64,000 bases of DNA, from assembly GCA_965220965.1 (NCBI GenBank), contig OZ244852.1, positions 1,856,001 through 1,920,000 of the forward strand, in the 5' to 3' direction. The notes under the pieces are model-generated. The model did no database searches, was not told where the DNA came from, and saw nothing but the letters and a program-made list of their open reading frames with translations. Each line of letters opens with the position of its first letter. The stretch's first letter is position 1. The DNA is from Candidatus Marinacidobacterium sp. (GTDB lineage: Bacteria > Acidobacteriota > Vicinamibacteria > Marinacidobacterales > Marinacidobacteraceae). The translations under genes and the position numbers were made by a program. This document shows positions 9,032-19,323 of the stretch, one piece after another.

Positions 9032-10338
9032 TCGCGAGACCCTCCGGAGGGCTCCGCGTCCTCCTGGTGGGCGGCGGCGGGCGTGAGCACGCGCTCGCCT
9101 GGCGAATCTCGAAGAGCCCCGTTCTGGGGGAGCTGATCGCCGCCCCCGGGAATCCGGGGATCGCCGCGCTGGCGCGGCTCGCGCCGGTCGCGGCCGGAGA
9201 TGTGGCCGGACTCGTCGCCCTCGCCCGCCAGGAGAGCGTCGACCTGGTGGTGGCCGGCCCCGAGGCGCCGCTGGTGGCCGGGCTCGCCGACGCTCTCGAG
9301 GAGGACGGCGTGGCGTGCTTCGGCCCGAGCGCCGCCGCCGCGCAACTGGAGGGCTCCAAGGCGTTCGCCCGGGCGTTCTGCGCCCGCTTCGGGATCCCCG
9401 CGCCGGCCTACGCCACCGCGAGCGCCCCGGAGGAGATCGAGGGCGCCCTCGCCTCCGGCCGTCTGGGACCGCGGCCGGTCGTGAAGGCGAGCGGGCTGGC
9501 CGCCGGGAAAGGGGTCTTTCTCCCGGAGGATCCGGAAGCGGCGAAGCGCGACGCGCTGGCGCTGCTGGGCGGCAGGCTGGGCGCCGCCGGACGCGAGGTC
9601 GTGCTCGAGGAGCGCCTCGAGGGCCGCGAGCTGAGCGTCTTCACGATCACCGATGGACGCCGGGCGTTTCGCTCCGGAACGGCGCAGGATTACAAGCGGC
9701 GCTTCGAGGGCGACGTCGGTCCGAACACCGGGGGCATGGGCAGCCTCAGCCCGGGACGGGAGATCGAGGCGGGGGTCCTCGATCGGATCGACCGCGAGAT
9801 CATCGAGCCGACGATCGCCGGCCTGGCGGCCGAGGGGCATCCCTACCGGGGCGTCCTCTACACCGGACTCATGCTGACAGCCGCCGGCCCGAAAGTGCTC
9901 GAGTTCAACGCGCGCTTCGGGGACCCGGAATGCCAGGCGCTCGCCCCCCGGTTCGACGAGGACCTGCTGCCGCTGTTCCACGCGGCGGCGCGGGGCGAAC
10001 TCCCCGAGCGGCGTCCGGCGCTGGTGCGGACGAGGTCCGAGCGGGCGGTGACGGTGATCCTCGCCGCGGAGGGGTACCCGGGGAGCACGACTCCCGGGAC
10101 TCCCATCCGCGGACTGCCCGACGCGGTCGAGGCCGGCGACGGCGCGTTCGTGTTCCACGCCGGGACCCGGATGGGCCCGGCGGGAGTCGAGACCGCCGGC
10201 GGGAGGGTCCTCGCGGTGACCGGAACCGGAGACGACCGGGAGGCCGCGCGCAACGCCGCCTACCGGGCGGCGGGGGCCATCGAATGGGACGGCCGGGTCC
10301 TTCGCCGGGACATCGGCGCCTTCGGGCCCGGAGACTGA
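9028..10338 (+). CDS. purD: Phosphoribosylamine--glycine ligase (probable CTG start)
   Basis: [68 protein letters not shown]. Confidence 0.93.
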   Translation: MIARPSGGLRVLLVGGGGREHALAWRISKSPVLGELIAAPGNPGIAALARLAPVAAGDVAGLVALARQESVDLVVAGPEAPLVAGLADALEEDGVACFGPSAAAAQLEGSKAFARAFCARFGIPAPAYATASAPEEIEGALASGRLGPRPVVKASGLAAGKGVFLPEDPEAAKRDALALLGGRLGAAGREVVLEERLEGRELSVFTITDGRRAFRSGTAQDYKRRFEGDVGPNTGGMGSLSPGREIEAGVLDRIDREIIEPTIAGLAAEGHPYRGVLYTGLMLTAAGPKVLEFNARFGDPECQALAPRFDEDLLPLFHAAARGELPERRPALVRTRSERAVTVILAAEGYPGSTTPGTPIRGLPDAVEAGDGAFVFHAGTRMGPAGVETAGGRVLAVTGTGDDREAARNAAYRAAGAIEWDGRVLRRDIGAFGPGD

Positions 10339-10416
10339 ATGAATGAAGCCGCGCCAGCCGGATTGCTCGCGGGGCCAGACGAGAGTGCGTTCAGAAATGA
10401 ACCCGGAGGTCGGAAC

Positions 10417-10923
10417 ATGAGCTCACAAGCCGGACCCAGAGTCCTCATCGTGATGGGAAGTCCCTCGGACACCGAGGTCATGCGCGAGGCGAAGAAGGTC
10501 CTCGAATCGCTCGGGGTCTCCTGTCGCATGGGCGTCTATTCGGCCCACCGGACGCCCGAGCGGGCGGCGGCGCTCGCCGGCGGCGCGCGCGAGCAGGGGG
10601 TCAAGGCGATCATCGCCGGGGCGGGCGCGGCGGCCCACCTCGCCGGCGCGATGGCGGCCCGGACGACGGTTCCGGTCATCGGGGTGCCGCTCGCCGCGAC
10701 GCCGCTCGCCGGTCTGGACGCGCTGCTGGCCACCGTCCAGATGCCGGGAGGTTTCCCGGTGGGGACGATGGCGATCGGGAAGCCCGGGGCGCAGAACGCC
10801 GGGTTCTACGCCGCGCAGATCGTGGCGCTCGAGGACCCGGCGGTCGCCGAACGGATCGCCGAGTGGCGGCGCGCCAAGGCGGCGGCGGCCGAGGCCGCCT
10901 CCGACGCGATGGAAGCCGAGTAG
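10417..10923 (+). CDS. purE: N5-carboxyaminoimidazole ribonucleotide mutase
   Basis: GGAGG SD before ATG 10417; [37 protein letters not shown]. Confidence 0.95.
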   Translation: MSSQAGPRVLIVMGSPSDTEVMREAKKVLESLGVSCRMGVYSAHRTPERAAALAGGAREQGVKAIIAGAGAAAHLAGAMAARTTVPVIGVPLAATPLAGLDALLATVQMPGGFPVGTMAIGKPGAQNAGFYAAQIVALEDPAVAERIAEWRRAKAAAAEAASDAMEAE

Positions 10924-10929
10924 GGCGAC

Positions 10930-12093
10930 TCAGCCGCCGGCCCTCGGCGCGACGGAGTCCGGGGACCGGGCGGCCAATTGCCCACAGGCGGCGTTCGCTT
11001 CGCGGCCCCGGCTCCGGCGGAGGGTGGCCACGAAGCCCGCCTCGCTCACGGCGCGCAGGAACCGCTCGGCGTCCGCCTCGGACCCCGGGCGGTGCGGCGG
11101 TCCCGGGGCTGGCTCGGTCCAGGGGTTGAAGACGATCAGGTTCACGCGGGCGCGGACGCCGGCCCTCGCCAGCTCCCCGAGCCGCTTCACCAGTTCGCGC
11201 GCGTCCGACGGGCGGTCGTTCTCCCCGCCGAGCAGCACGTATTCGATGGTGATCCGGCGGCGTGGATGGGGCGGCAGCGCGGCGAGCGCGCGAAACACCT
11301 CCGGCGTCGAATGACGGCGGGCGATCGGCATGTAGCGGGCGCGCGTCGCATCGTCGCCGGCGTGGAGGCTGAGAGCGATCCCGACCTGGGGCGCCGCGAT
11401 TCCGAGCCTGATGATCTCGTCGGGAAGTCCCACCGTGGAAACGGTGATCCGCCGCCAGGGAATCGCAAGCCCCTCACGGTCCGTCAGCAGCTCGAGCGAA
11501 GCGATCACCGCATCGGTGTTCAGGAGCGGCTCGCCCATGCCCATGTAGACGACATTCGGTCGACGCGGGCGCCGGCCGCGAGCGGGGTTGACGCGCTCGG
11601 CGAGCAGGACCTGGGCGGCGATCTCGCCGGCGGTGAGATTCCGCCGGAACGGGACGGCGCCGGAGCTGCAGAAGGTGCAGGCGAGCGGGCATCCGACCTG
11701 GGTCGAGACGCACACCGTCAGGTCGGTGGGCGGCGCGCGGCGGGAACCGGCGTCCGCCGCGGTTCCCGGGGCCCGACCCGACCGCCGGCGCAGCGCGGTT
11801 CGATGGGTTCCGATGGCGACCGTTTCGACGCGGAGCCCGTCCTCCAGCTCGAGGAGGAGCCGCGCCGCCCCGTCGCCGGACGGATCGCTCGCGACCAGTC
11901 GTGGATGGCGCACCGCGAAACGGCGTCCGAGTTCCTCGCGCAGCGCCACCGACAGATCGGTCATCTCCGTCAGGGAGTCGACCCGGCGGGCGTAGAGCTG
12001 GCGGAAGATCTGGCCGCCGCGCCAGGCGGGGAGCCCGAGCCCGCGCACGAGGTCGTCGATCTCGGCGCGCGAACGCCCGAACAGGTTCTCCAT
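10930..12093 (-). CDS. rlmN: 23S rRNA (adenine(2503)-C2)-methyltransferase, radical SAM
   Basis: CVSTQVGCPLACTFC, NVVYMGMGEP, ITVSTVG, LSLHA, IEYVL, AACGQL. Confidence 0.93.
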   Translation of the reverse strand: MENLFGRSRAEIDDLVRGLGLPAWRGGQIFRQLYARRVDSLTEMTDLSVALREELGRRFAVRHPRLVASDPSGDGAARLLLELEDGLRVETVAIGTHRTALRRRSGRAPGTAADAGSRRAPPTDLTVCVSTQVGCPLACTFCSSGAVPFRRNLTAGEIAAQVLLAERVNPARGRRPRRPNVVYMGMGEPLLNTDAVIASLELLTDREGLAIPWRRITVSTVGLPDEIIRLGIAAPQVGIALSLHAGDDATRARYMPIARRHSTPEVFRALAALPPHPRRRITIEYVLLGGENDRPSDARELVKRLGELARAGVRARVNLIVFNPWTEPAPGPPHRPGSEADAERFLRAVSEAGFVATLRRSRGREANAACGQLAARSPDSVAPRAGG

Positions 12094-12144
12094 CGAACGG
12101 CAAGATACCGTGCGGTCGGCGGCAGCGTGAAGAACAGGCCGCAA

Positions 12145-12192
12145 CCACTAGGGGTAGTGGTTGCGCGAGGGCGGGACCACAACATGTTGGGG
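12145..12192. promoter_or_regulatory. Tandem NrdR-box-like operators
   Basis: CCACTAGGGGTAGTGG (12145-12160) and CCACAACATGTTGGGG (12177-12192), 32 nt apart; resemble consensus acaCwAtATaTwGtgt. Confidence 0.65.
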
Positions 12193-12199
12193 TCCACCC

Positions 12200-12228
12200 T
12201 TGACCGATGGGGGAGTGGCTGCTAGCCT
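12200..12228 (+). promoter_or_regulatory. Sigma70-type promoter for the MBL hydrolase-pur operon
   Basis: TTGACC (12200-12205), 17-nt spacer, extended -10 TGcTAGCCT (hexamer 12223-12228). Confidence 0.7.
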
Positions 12229-12298
12229 CGCGCGCTTGCGGGGAGGGGTGGGGACGGCCGTCGCGGCGCGCCGCGCGAACCCCTCCTGGAGACGCCGC

Positions 12299-13216
12299 TT
12301 GCCCTCCGAAATCCGCCTTCGGGTTCTCGCCTCGGGGAGTTCGGGAAACGCCGCGCTGATCGCCTCGGGGACCACCCGGCTGCTCGTCGAGGCGGGGCTC
12401 TACCGGAAGGCGCTCGCGGCCCGGCTGGAGGAGGAGGGGATGCGTCCGACGGAGCTCGCCGCCGTCGTCGTCTCCCACGAACACGGCGATCACGCCAGGG
12501 GGGCGCTCGCCTTCACCGCGGAGCACGGCGTTCCCCTGGCCTGCTCGCGGGGGACGTGGGAACGCCTGACCGCCGGACGCTCGAACCGCCTGCCGCGCTG
12601 GATCCGGCTTCGTCCGGGGCGGACGCGCCGGATCGGCGACATCGACGTGATTCCCTTCCGGACGCCGCACGACGCGGTCGAACCGCTCGGGTTCCGGTTC
12701 GAGGCGGCAGGGGCGGCGGCGGTTCTGGTCACCGACCTGGGACACCTGGCGGAACCGGTGGTCGAGGCGATGGAGGGAGCGCAGCTCGTGCTCGTGGAAT
12801 CGAACTACGACGAGGAATCGCTCTGGAGCAGCCGCTACCCGGCGATGCTGCGGGACCGGATCGCCTCCCGGACGGGCCATCTTTCGAACGGGGCGCTGGC
12901 GCTCTTTCTCCGCCGGCGGTTGCCGGCCTCGGTGCGCACCCTCGTTCTCGCCCACCTGTCGGAAAACACGAACACGCCGGAGCTCGCCGAACGGGCCGCG
13001 CGCACGGCGCTCGAGGCGGCGGGCCGCCCCGAAGTCCGGGTGGTCGTGGCCTCGAGACGGAGACCGACCGAGGAGGTCTCGACCGCCTCCCGGGACGACG
13101 CCGCTCCACCGGCGCCGGCCCCGATCCACCGGACCGCGGCGCCCGCTTCGCCGCCGTCGCTGTTCGCGCTCCCTCCCGAACCGGCGCCCACCCGGAGCGC
13201 GGGGCGGCGGGCCTGA
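12299..13216 (+). CDS. MBL-fold metallo-hydrolase, YycJ/WalJ-like
   Basis: TTG 12299 with GGAG SD; LASGSSGNA, SHEHGDH, TPHDAVEP, TDLG, ESNYD, GHLSN, LAHLSENTN. Confidence 0.87.
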   Translation: MPSEIRLRVLASGSSGNAALIASGTTRLLVEAGLYRKALAARLEEEGMRPTELAAVVVSHEHGDHARGALAFTAEHGVPLACSRGTWERLTAGRSNRLPRWIRLRPGRTRRIGDIDVIPFRTPHDAVEPLGFRFEAAGAAAVLVTDLGHLAEPVVEAMEGAQLVLVESNYDEESLWSSRYPAMLRDRIASRTGHLSNGALALFLRRRLPASVRTLVLAHLSENTNTPELAERAARTALEAAGRPEVRVVVASRRRPTEEVSTASRDDAAPPAPAPIHRTAAPASPPSLFALPPEPAPTRSAGRRA

Positions 13217-13219
13217 GCC

Positions 13220-14527
13220 GTGCTGACCGACCGCTACGTGCGCCCGGAGATGGGCGCCCTCTGGACCGACGAAGCCCAGTTCGAGTCCTGGATGCGCGTG
13301 GAGGTCGCCGCCGCCGACGCGATGGCCGCCGAGGGGATCGTCCCCGCCGGGGCGGCGAAGGCGATCCGGGAGCGGGCGGGATTCGACGTGGCGCGCATCC
13401 ACGAAATCGAGGCCACCACCCGGCACGATGTCGTCGCGTTCACCCAGTGCATGGCCGAACACGTGGGGGAGGAGGGTCGCTGGATCCACTTCGGCCTCAC
13501 GAGTTCCGATGTCGTGGACACCGCGCTGGCGACCCGGCTCGTCGCCTCGTGCGATCTGGTGCTGGCGCGGGTGGACGCGCTCCGCGACGTTCTCCGGCGG
13601 CGGGCGGAGGAGCACCGCCGCACCGTCATGGTGGGTCGCACCCACGGCGTCCACGCCGAACCGATGACCTTCGGAATGAAGCTCGCCCTGTGGTGGGCCG
13701 AGATGGGGAGGAACCGGGTCCGGCTGACGGCGGCGCGCGAAGCGGTCCGCGTCGGAAAGCTGAGCGGCGCGGTGGGCACGTTCGCCCACCTGCCCCCCTC
13801 GGTGGAGGCCGGGGTCTGCAGCGCGCTGGGTCTCCGGCCGGCGCCGATCTCCACCCAGGTGGTTCAGCGCGACCGGCACGCCGAGCTCGCCGCCGCGCTG
13901 GCGATCCTCGCCGGCGGCCTCGAGCGCATCGCGACCGAGATCCGGAACCTGCAGCGCACCGAGATCCGGGAGGTCGAGGAGCCGTTCCGCACCGGCCAGA
14001 AGGGGTCGTCCGCCATGCCCCACAAGCGGAACCCGGTGGGCTGCGAGAACGTCTGCGGCCTCGCCCGCGTGATCCGGACGAACCTGACGCCGGCGCTCGA
14101 GAACATCACCCTGTGGAACGAGCGGGACATCTCCCACTCGTCGGCCGAGCGGATGACAATCCCCCAGAGCTTTCTGCTCAGCGACCACATCCTGGCGCGG
14201 CTCACCCGGATCCTCGACGGGCTGGTCGTCTATCCCGACGCCATGCGCCGGAACCTGGACCGCATGCGCGGCATGGTCTTCAGCGGGCAGATCCTGCTCG
14301 ACCTGGCGGCCCGCGGCGTCTCGCGGGAAGAGGCCTACCGGATGGTCCAGTCCTGCGCCATGCGGGTGTGGGAGCAGGGGACCGCGCTGCGCGACGAACT
14401 GCTCGCCCACGAAGGGATCCGGGCGGTGCTGAGCCGCGAGGAGCTGGACGCGGCGTTCGATCTCGAGGTGCAGTTCCGCCACCTCGACCATGTGTTCCAA
14501 CGGGTGTTCCGCGAGGACGACGAGTGA
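13220..14527 (+). CDS. purB: Adenylosuccinate lyase
   Basis: RHDVVAF, HFGLTSSD, GRTHGVHAEP, GSSAMPHKRNP, ERDISHSS. Confidence 0.96.
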   Translation: MLTDRYVRPEMGALWTDEAQFESWMRVEVAAADAMAAEGIVPAGAAKAIRERAGFDVARIHEIEATTRHDVVAFTQCMAEHVGEEGRWIHFGLTSSDVVDTALATRLVASCDLVLARVDALRDVLRRRAEEHRRTVMVGRTHGVHAEPMTFGMKLALWWAEMGRNRVRLTAAREAVRVGKLSGAVGTFAHLPPSVEAGVCSALGLRPAPISTQVVQRDRHAELAAALAILAGGLERIATEIRNLQRTEIREVEEPFRTGQKGSSAMPHKRNPVGCENVCGLARVIRTNLTPALENITLWNERDISHSSAERMTIPQSFLLSDHILARLTRILDGLVVYPDAMRRNLDRMRGMVFSGQILLDLAARGVSREEAYRMVQSCAMRVWEQGTALRDELLAHEGIRAVLSREELDAAFDLEVQFRHLDHVFQRVFREDDE

Positions 14528-14799
14528 CGACCGCCAGGTTCCGGGTCCGGGTGGAAGTCCGGCTGCGGCCATCCATCTACGACCCGCAGGGCGAGGCGAT
14601 CCGCCGGTCGCTCGCCTCCGCGGGGGTCGAGGGGGTGGAGTCGGTCCGTCAGGGCAAGCTGATTCATCTCGAAGTGCGGGCGCCCTCGCGGGAGGCGGCG
14701 GAAGCCCGGGTCCGGGAGATCGCGGGGCGCGTGCTCGCGAACCCGGTCCTCGAGGACCACACGGTGGAGATCGAGGCCGACCTCCCCGAGCGCGACTGA
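14524..14799 (+). CDS. purS: Phosphoribosylformylglycinamidine synthase subunit PurS
   Basis: GTGA overlap; [20 protein letters not shown]. Confidence 0.92.
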   Translation: MTTARFRVRVEVRLRPSIYDPQGEAIRRSLASAGVEGVESVRQGKLIHLEVRAPSREAAEARVREIAGRVLANPVLEDHTVEIEADLPERD

Positions 14800-14804
14800 T
14801 CCGG

Positions 14805-15506
14805 ATGGCGCGCCGCCGGTTCGCGGTCCCGGTGTTCCCGGGAACGAACTGCGAGGGGGATGTCCTCCACGCCCTCCGCACGGTGGCGGACCAGGAGGCG
14901 GAACCCGTCTGGCACCAGGAGCGGTCGCTCGCCGGCTTCGACGCCGTCGTCGTGCCCGGCGGGTTCGCCCACGGGGACTATTTGCGGGCGGGGGCGCTGG
15001 CGCGCTTCTCCCCGATCATGGAGCCGCTCGCCGCGATGGCGGAGGCGGGAGGGGTCGTCGTCGGGATCTGCAACGGGTTCCAGATCCTTCAGGAAGCCGG
15101 CCTGCTTCCGGGGGCCATGCAGCGGAACCGGTCGCTGGTCTACGTCTGCCGGGAGGTCTGGGTCCGGGCGGAGGACACCGGCTCTCCCTTCACCGCCGGC
15201 CTCCGGCCGGGCGCCACGCTCCGGCTGCCGGTCGGCCACGCGGAGGGCAACTTCCACCTGCCGGACGCCGAGCTCGAGGCGCTCGAGTCCCGGGGGCAGG
15301 TGATCTTCCGCTACTGCCAACCGGACGGCGCGCTCAGCGACGCCGCCAACCCGAACGGCTCGCGCAACCACATCGCCGGGGTCCGGAACCGGCGCGGCAA
15401 CGTGGCCGCGCTTATGCCGCATCCGGACCGCGCCTACGAACCGGCGCTCGGGGGCGTCGACGGCGTTCGGCTGTTCGAGAGCCTCCTTCGGTGGATGGAG
15501 GCATGA
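14805..15506 (+). CDS. purQ: Phosphoribosylformylglycinamidine synthase glutaminase subunit
   Basis: [45 protein letters not shown]. Confidence 0.94.
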   Translation: MARRRFAVPVFPGTNCEGDVLHALRTVADQEAEPVWHQERSLAGFDAVVVPGGFAHGDYLRAGALARFSPIMEPLAAMAEAGGVVVGICNGFQILQEAGLLPGAMQRNRSLVYVCREVWVRAEDTGSPFTAGLRPGATLRLPVGHAEGNFHLPDAELEALESRGQVIFRYCQPDGALSDAANPNGSRNHIAGVRNRRGNVAALMPHPDRAYEPALGGVDGVRLFESLLRWMEA

Positions 15507-17746
15507 CGCCGCCGGAGGGGGTCCCGGGACTCGCGGACGCGCTGGCGGCGGGGCTCACCGAGGACGAGTACCGCGCGATCGGCGCCCGGCTGGGCCGCAG
15601 CCCGAACGCCGCCGAACTCGGGATGTTCTCGGCGATGTGGTCCGAGCACTGTTCCTACAAGTCCTCGAGGAGGGTGCTCGCCGGCTTCCCGACCGAAGGC
15701 CCGCGGGTTCTCCAGGGGCCCGGCGAGAACGCCGGCGCGGTGTCGCTGGGACACGGGCTCGCGGCGGTCTTCAAGGTGGAGTCGCACAACCATCCCACCT
15801 TCATCGAGCCCTTCCAGGGCGCGGCCACCGGGGTCGGCGGGATTCTGCGGGACATCTTCACGATGGGCGCGCGGCCGGTAGCGCTCATGAACTCGCTGCG
15901 TTTCGGACCGCTGGAGGTGGCGAACAACCGCGCGCTGCTGGCGGGGGCGGTGGCGGGGATCGCCAACTACGGCAACAGCATGGGCATCCCCACGGTGGGA
16001 GGCGAGGTCGCCTTCGAGGACTGCTACACGCTGAACCCGCTGGTGAACGCCTTCGCGCTCGGGGTGGCGCCGGTGGACCGGATCTTCCTGGCGCGCGCCG
16101 ACGACCCCGGCGACACCGTGTTCTGCGTCGGAGCGAAGACCGGGCGCGACGGGATCCACGGCGCCTCGATGGCGTCCGCCGAATTCGACGAGGAGGCCGA
16201 GGCGAAACGCCCCACCGTCCAGGTCGGGGACCCCTTTCTCGAGAAGCTGCTGATGGAGGCCTGTCTCGAGCTGATGCGCGGCGACGCGCTCGCCGGCATC
16301 CAGGACATGGGCGCGGCGGGGCTCACCTGCTCGACGGCCGAAATGGCGTCGCGCGGGGGAACCGGGATCGAGCTGGATCTGGACCGCGCGCCCCAGCGCG
16401 AGTCGGGAATGTCCGCCTACGAACTCCTGCTCTCGGAGTCCCAGGAACGGATGCTCCTGGTGGTGCGGCGGGGCCGCGAACAGGACGTGGAGCGGGTCTT
16501 CGAGCGGTGGAACCTGGACGCCTCGTCCGTCGGACGGATCACCGGGGACGGGCTGCTGCGCGTCCGCCATCGCGGTGAGGAAGTGGCGGCGGTCCCGTGC
16601 CGGGCTCTGACCGACGAGGCGCCCGTCTACGACCGACCGCACGCCGTCCCGGACGGCTTTCCCGTAGCGGAAGTGCGGGGCGGCGACCTGCCGGAACCGG
16701 TCGACTGGGGGGGCGCCGTCATGCGGCTCGCGGGCTCGGTGGGCCTGGCCTCCCGCCGGCACGTCTACGAGCAGTACGACCACATGGTCCGCAGCGACAC
16801 CGTGGCCCGTCCCGGCGCCGACGCCGGCGTCGTCCGGATCAAGGGGCTGCCGCTCGGGATCGCGATGACGCTCGACGGGAACGGGCGCTACACCGCGGCG
16901 GACCCGCGCCGGGGCGGCGCGCTCGCCGTCTCCGAAGCCTGCCGGAACCTGGCCGCGGTGGGGGCCGTCCCGGTGGGCGCCACGAACTGCCTGAACTTCG
17001 GGAACCCGGAGAAACCGGAGGTCATGTGGCGGTTCCGGGAGGCGGTCCGGGGCATGACCGAGGCCCTCGAGGCGTTCGCGGTCCCGATCACCGGCGGGAA
17101 CGTGAGCTTCTACAACGAGACCGATGGCGAGGGCATCTTCCCCACGCCGGTGGTGGGAGTCGTTGGCGTCCTCGAAGACGTCTCCCGGGTCGTTCGGCAG
17201 CACTTCCGCGAGCCGGGGGACCGGGTGTTCCTGCTCGGGCCAAAGGCGCCCGACGCGCTTGGAGCGAGCGAGTACCTCAAGGTCTTCCACGGGCGGACCG
17301 ACGGACGCCCGCCGGCGCCGGACCTCGAAGCGGAAATCCGGCTCGGCCGGCTGCTGCGGGCCGCCGCCGCCCGGGAGCTCACCCGCTCGGCCCGGGATCT
17401 CTCCGAGGGCGGGCTGGCGCAGGCGGCGGTGGAGTCGCTCTTCGCCCCCGACGGAGGGCGCATCGGCGCCACCCTCGCCATCGATCCGGCGGTTCCCGCC
17501 GCCTCCGCGCTCTTCGGCGAGGCGCCCGCCCGCGCGCTGGTGAGCGTCCACCCCCGGGACGCCGACGCCCTCGGCGACCTCGCGGAACGCCACGGCGTGG
17601 CGATCGCTCCGCTCGGAACGGTGGGGGGAGACGAGCTCACGCTTCGCCTGAACGGCGTCGAGGCCGCGCGCCTCCCGCTCGAGCCGCTCGCCGACGCCTT
17701 CTTCCACAGCCTGGCCCGCGCCGCCGCCGTCGAGGGAGCAAAATAG
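15503..17746 (+). CDS. purL: Phosphoribosylformylglycinamidine synthase subunit PurL
   Basis: [70 protein letters not shown]. Confidence 0.96.
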   Translation: MTPPEGVPGLADALAAGLTEDEYRAIGARLGRSPNAAELGMFSAMWSEHCSYKSSRRVLAGFPTEGPRVLQGPGENAGAVSLGHGLAAVFKVESHNHPTFIEPFQGAATGVGGILRDIFTMGARPVALMNSLRFGPLEVANNRALLAGAVAGIANYGNSMGIPTVGGEVAFEDCYTLNPLVNAFALGVAPVDRIFLARADDPGDTVFCVGAKTGRDGIHGASMASAEFDEEAEAKRPTVQVGDPFLEKLLMEACLELMRGDALAGIQDMGAAGLTCSTAEMASRGGTGIELDLDRAPQRESGMSAYELLLSESQERMLLVVRRGREQDVERVFERWNLDASSVGRITGDGLLRVRHRGEEVAAVPCRALTDEAPVYDRPHAVPDGFPVAEVRGGDLPEPVDWGGAVMRLAGSVGLASRRHVYEQYDHMVRSDTVARPGADAGVVRIKGLPLGIAMTLDGNGRYTAADPRRGGALAVSEACRNLAAVGAVPVGATNCLNFGNPEKPEVMWRFREAVRGMTEALEAFAVPITGGNVSFYNETDGEGIFPTPVVGVVGVLEDVSRVVRQHFREPGDRVFLLGPKAPDALGASEYLKVFHGRTDGRPPAPDLEAEIRLGRLLRAAAARELTRSARDLSEGGLAQAAVESLFAPDGGRIGATLAIDPAVPAASALFGEAPARALVSVHPRDADALGDLAERHGVAIAPLGTVGGDELTLRLNGVEAARLPLEPLADAFFHSLARAAAVEGAK

Positions 17747-17846
17747 GCGGCTCGCGACCCGATTTGCTCCCCATGCGGCGCCGGCCCACGCGCCGACCGG
17801 TCGTGGCTCGCGAGATCCCCCGTCCGCCCGGGGAAGGAGATGCGGC

Positions 17847-19289
<1,443 letters not shown>

Positions 19290-19323
19290 GGAGCCCCGGA
19301 ATCCGCTGAGGGGCCCGGACGGA

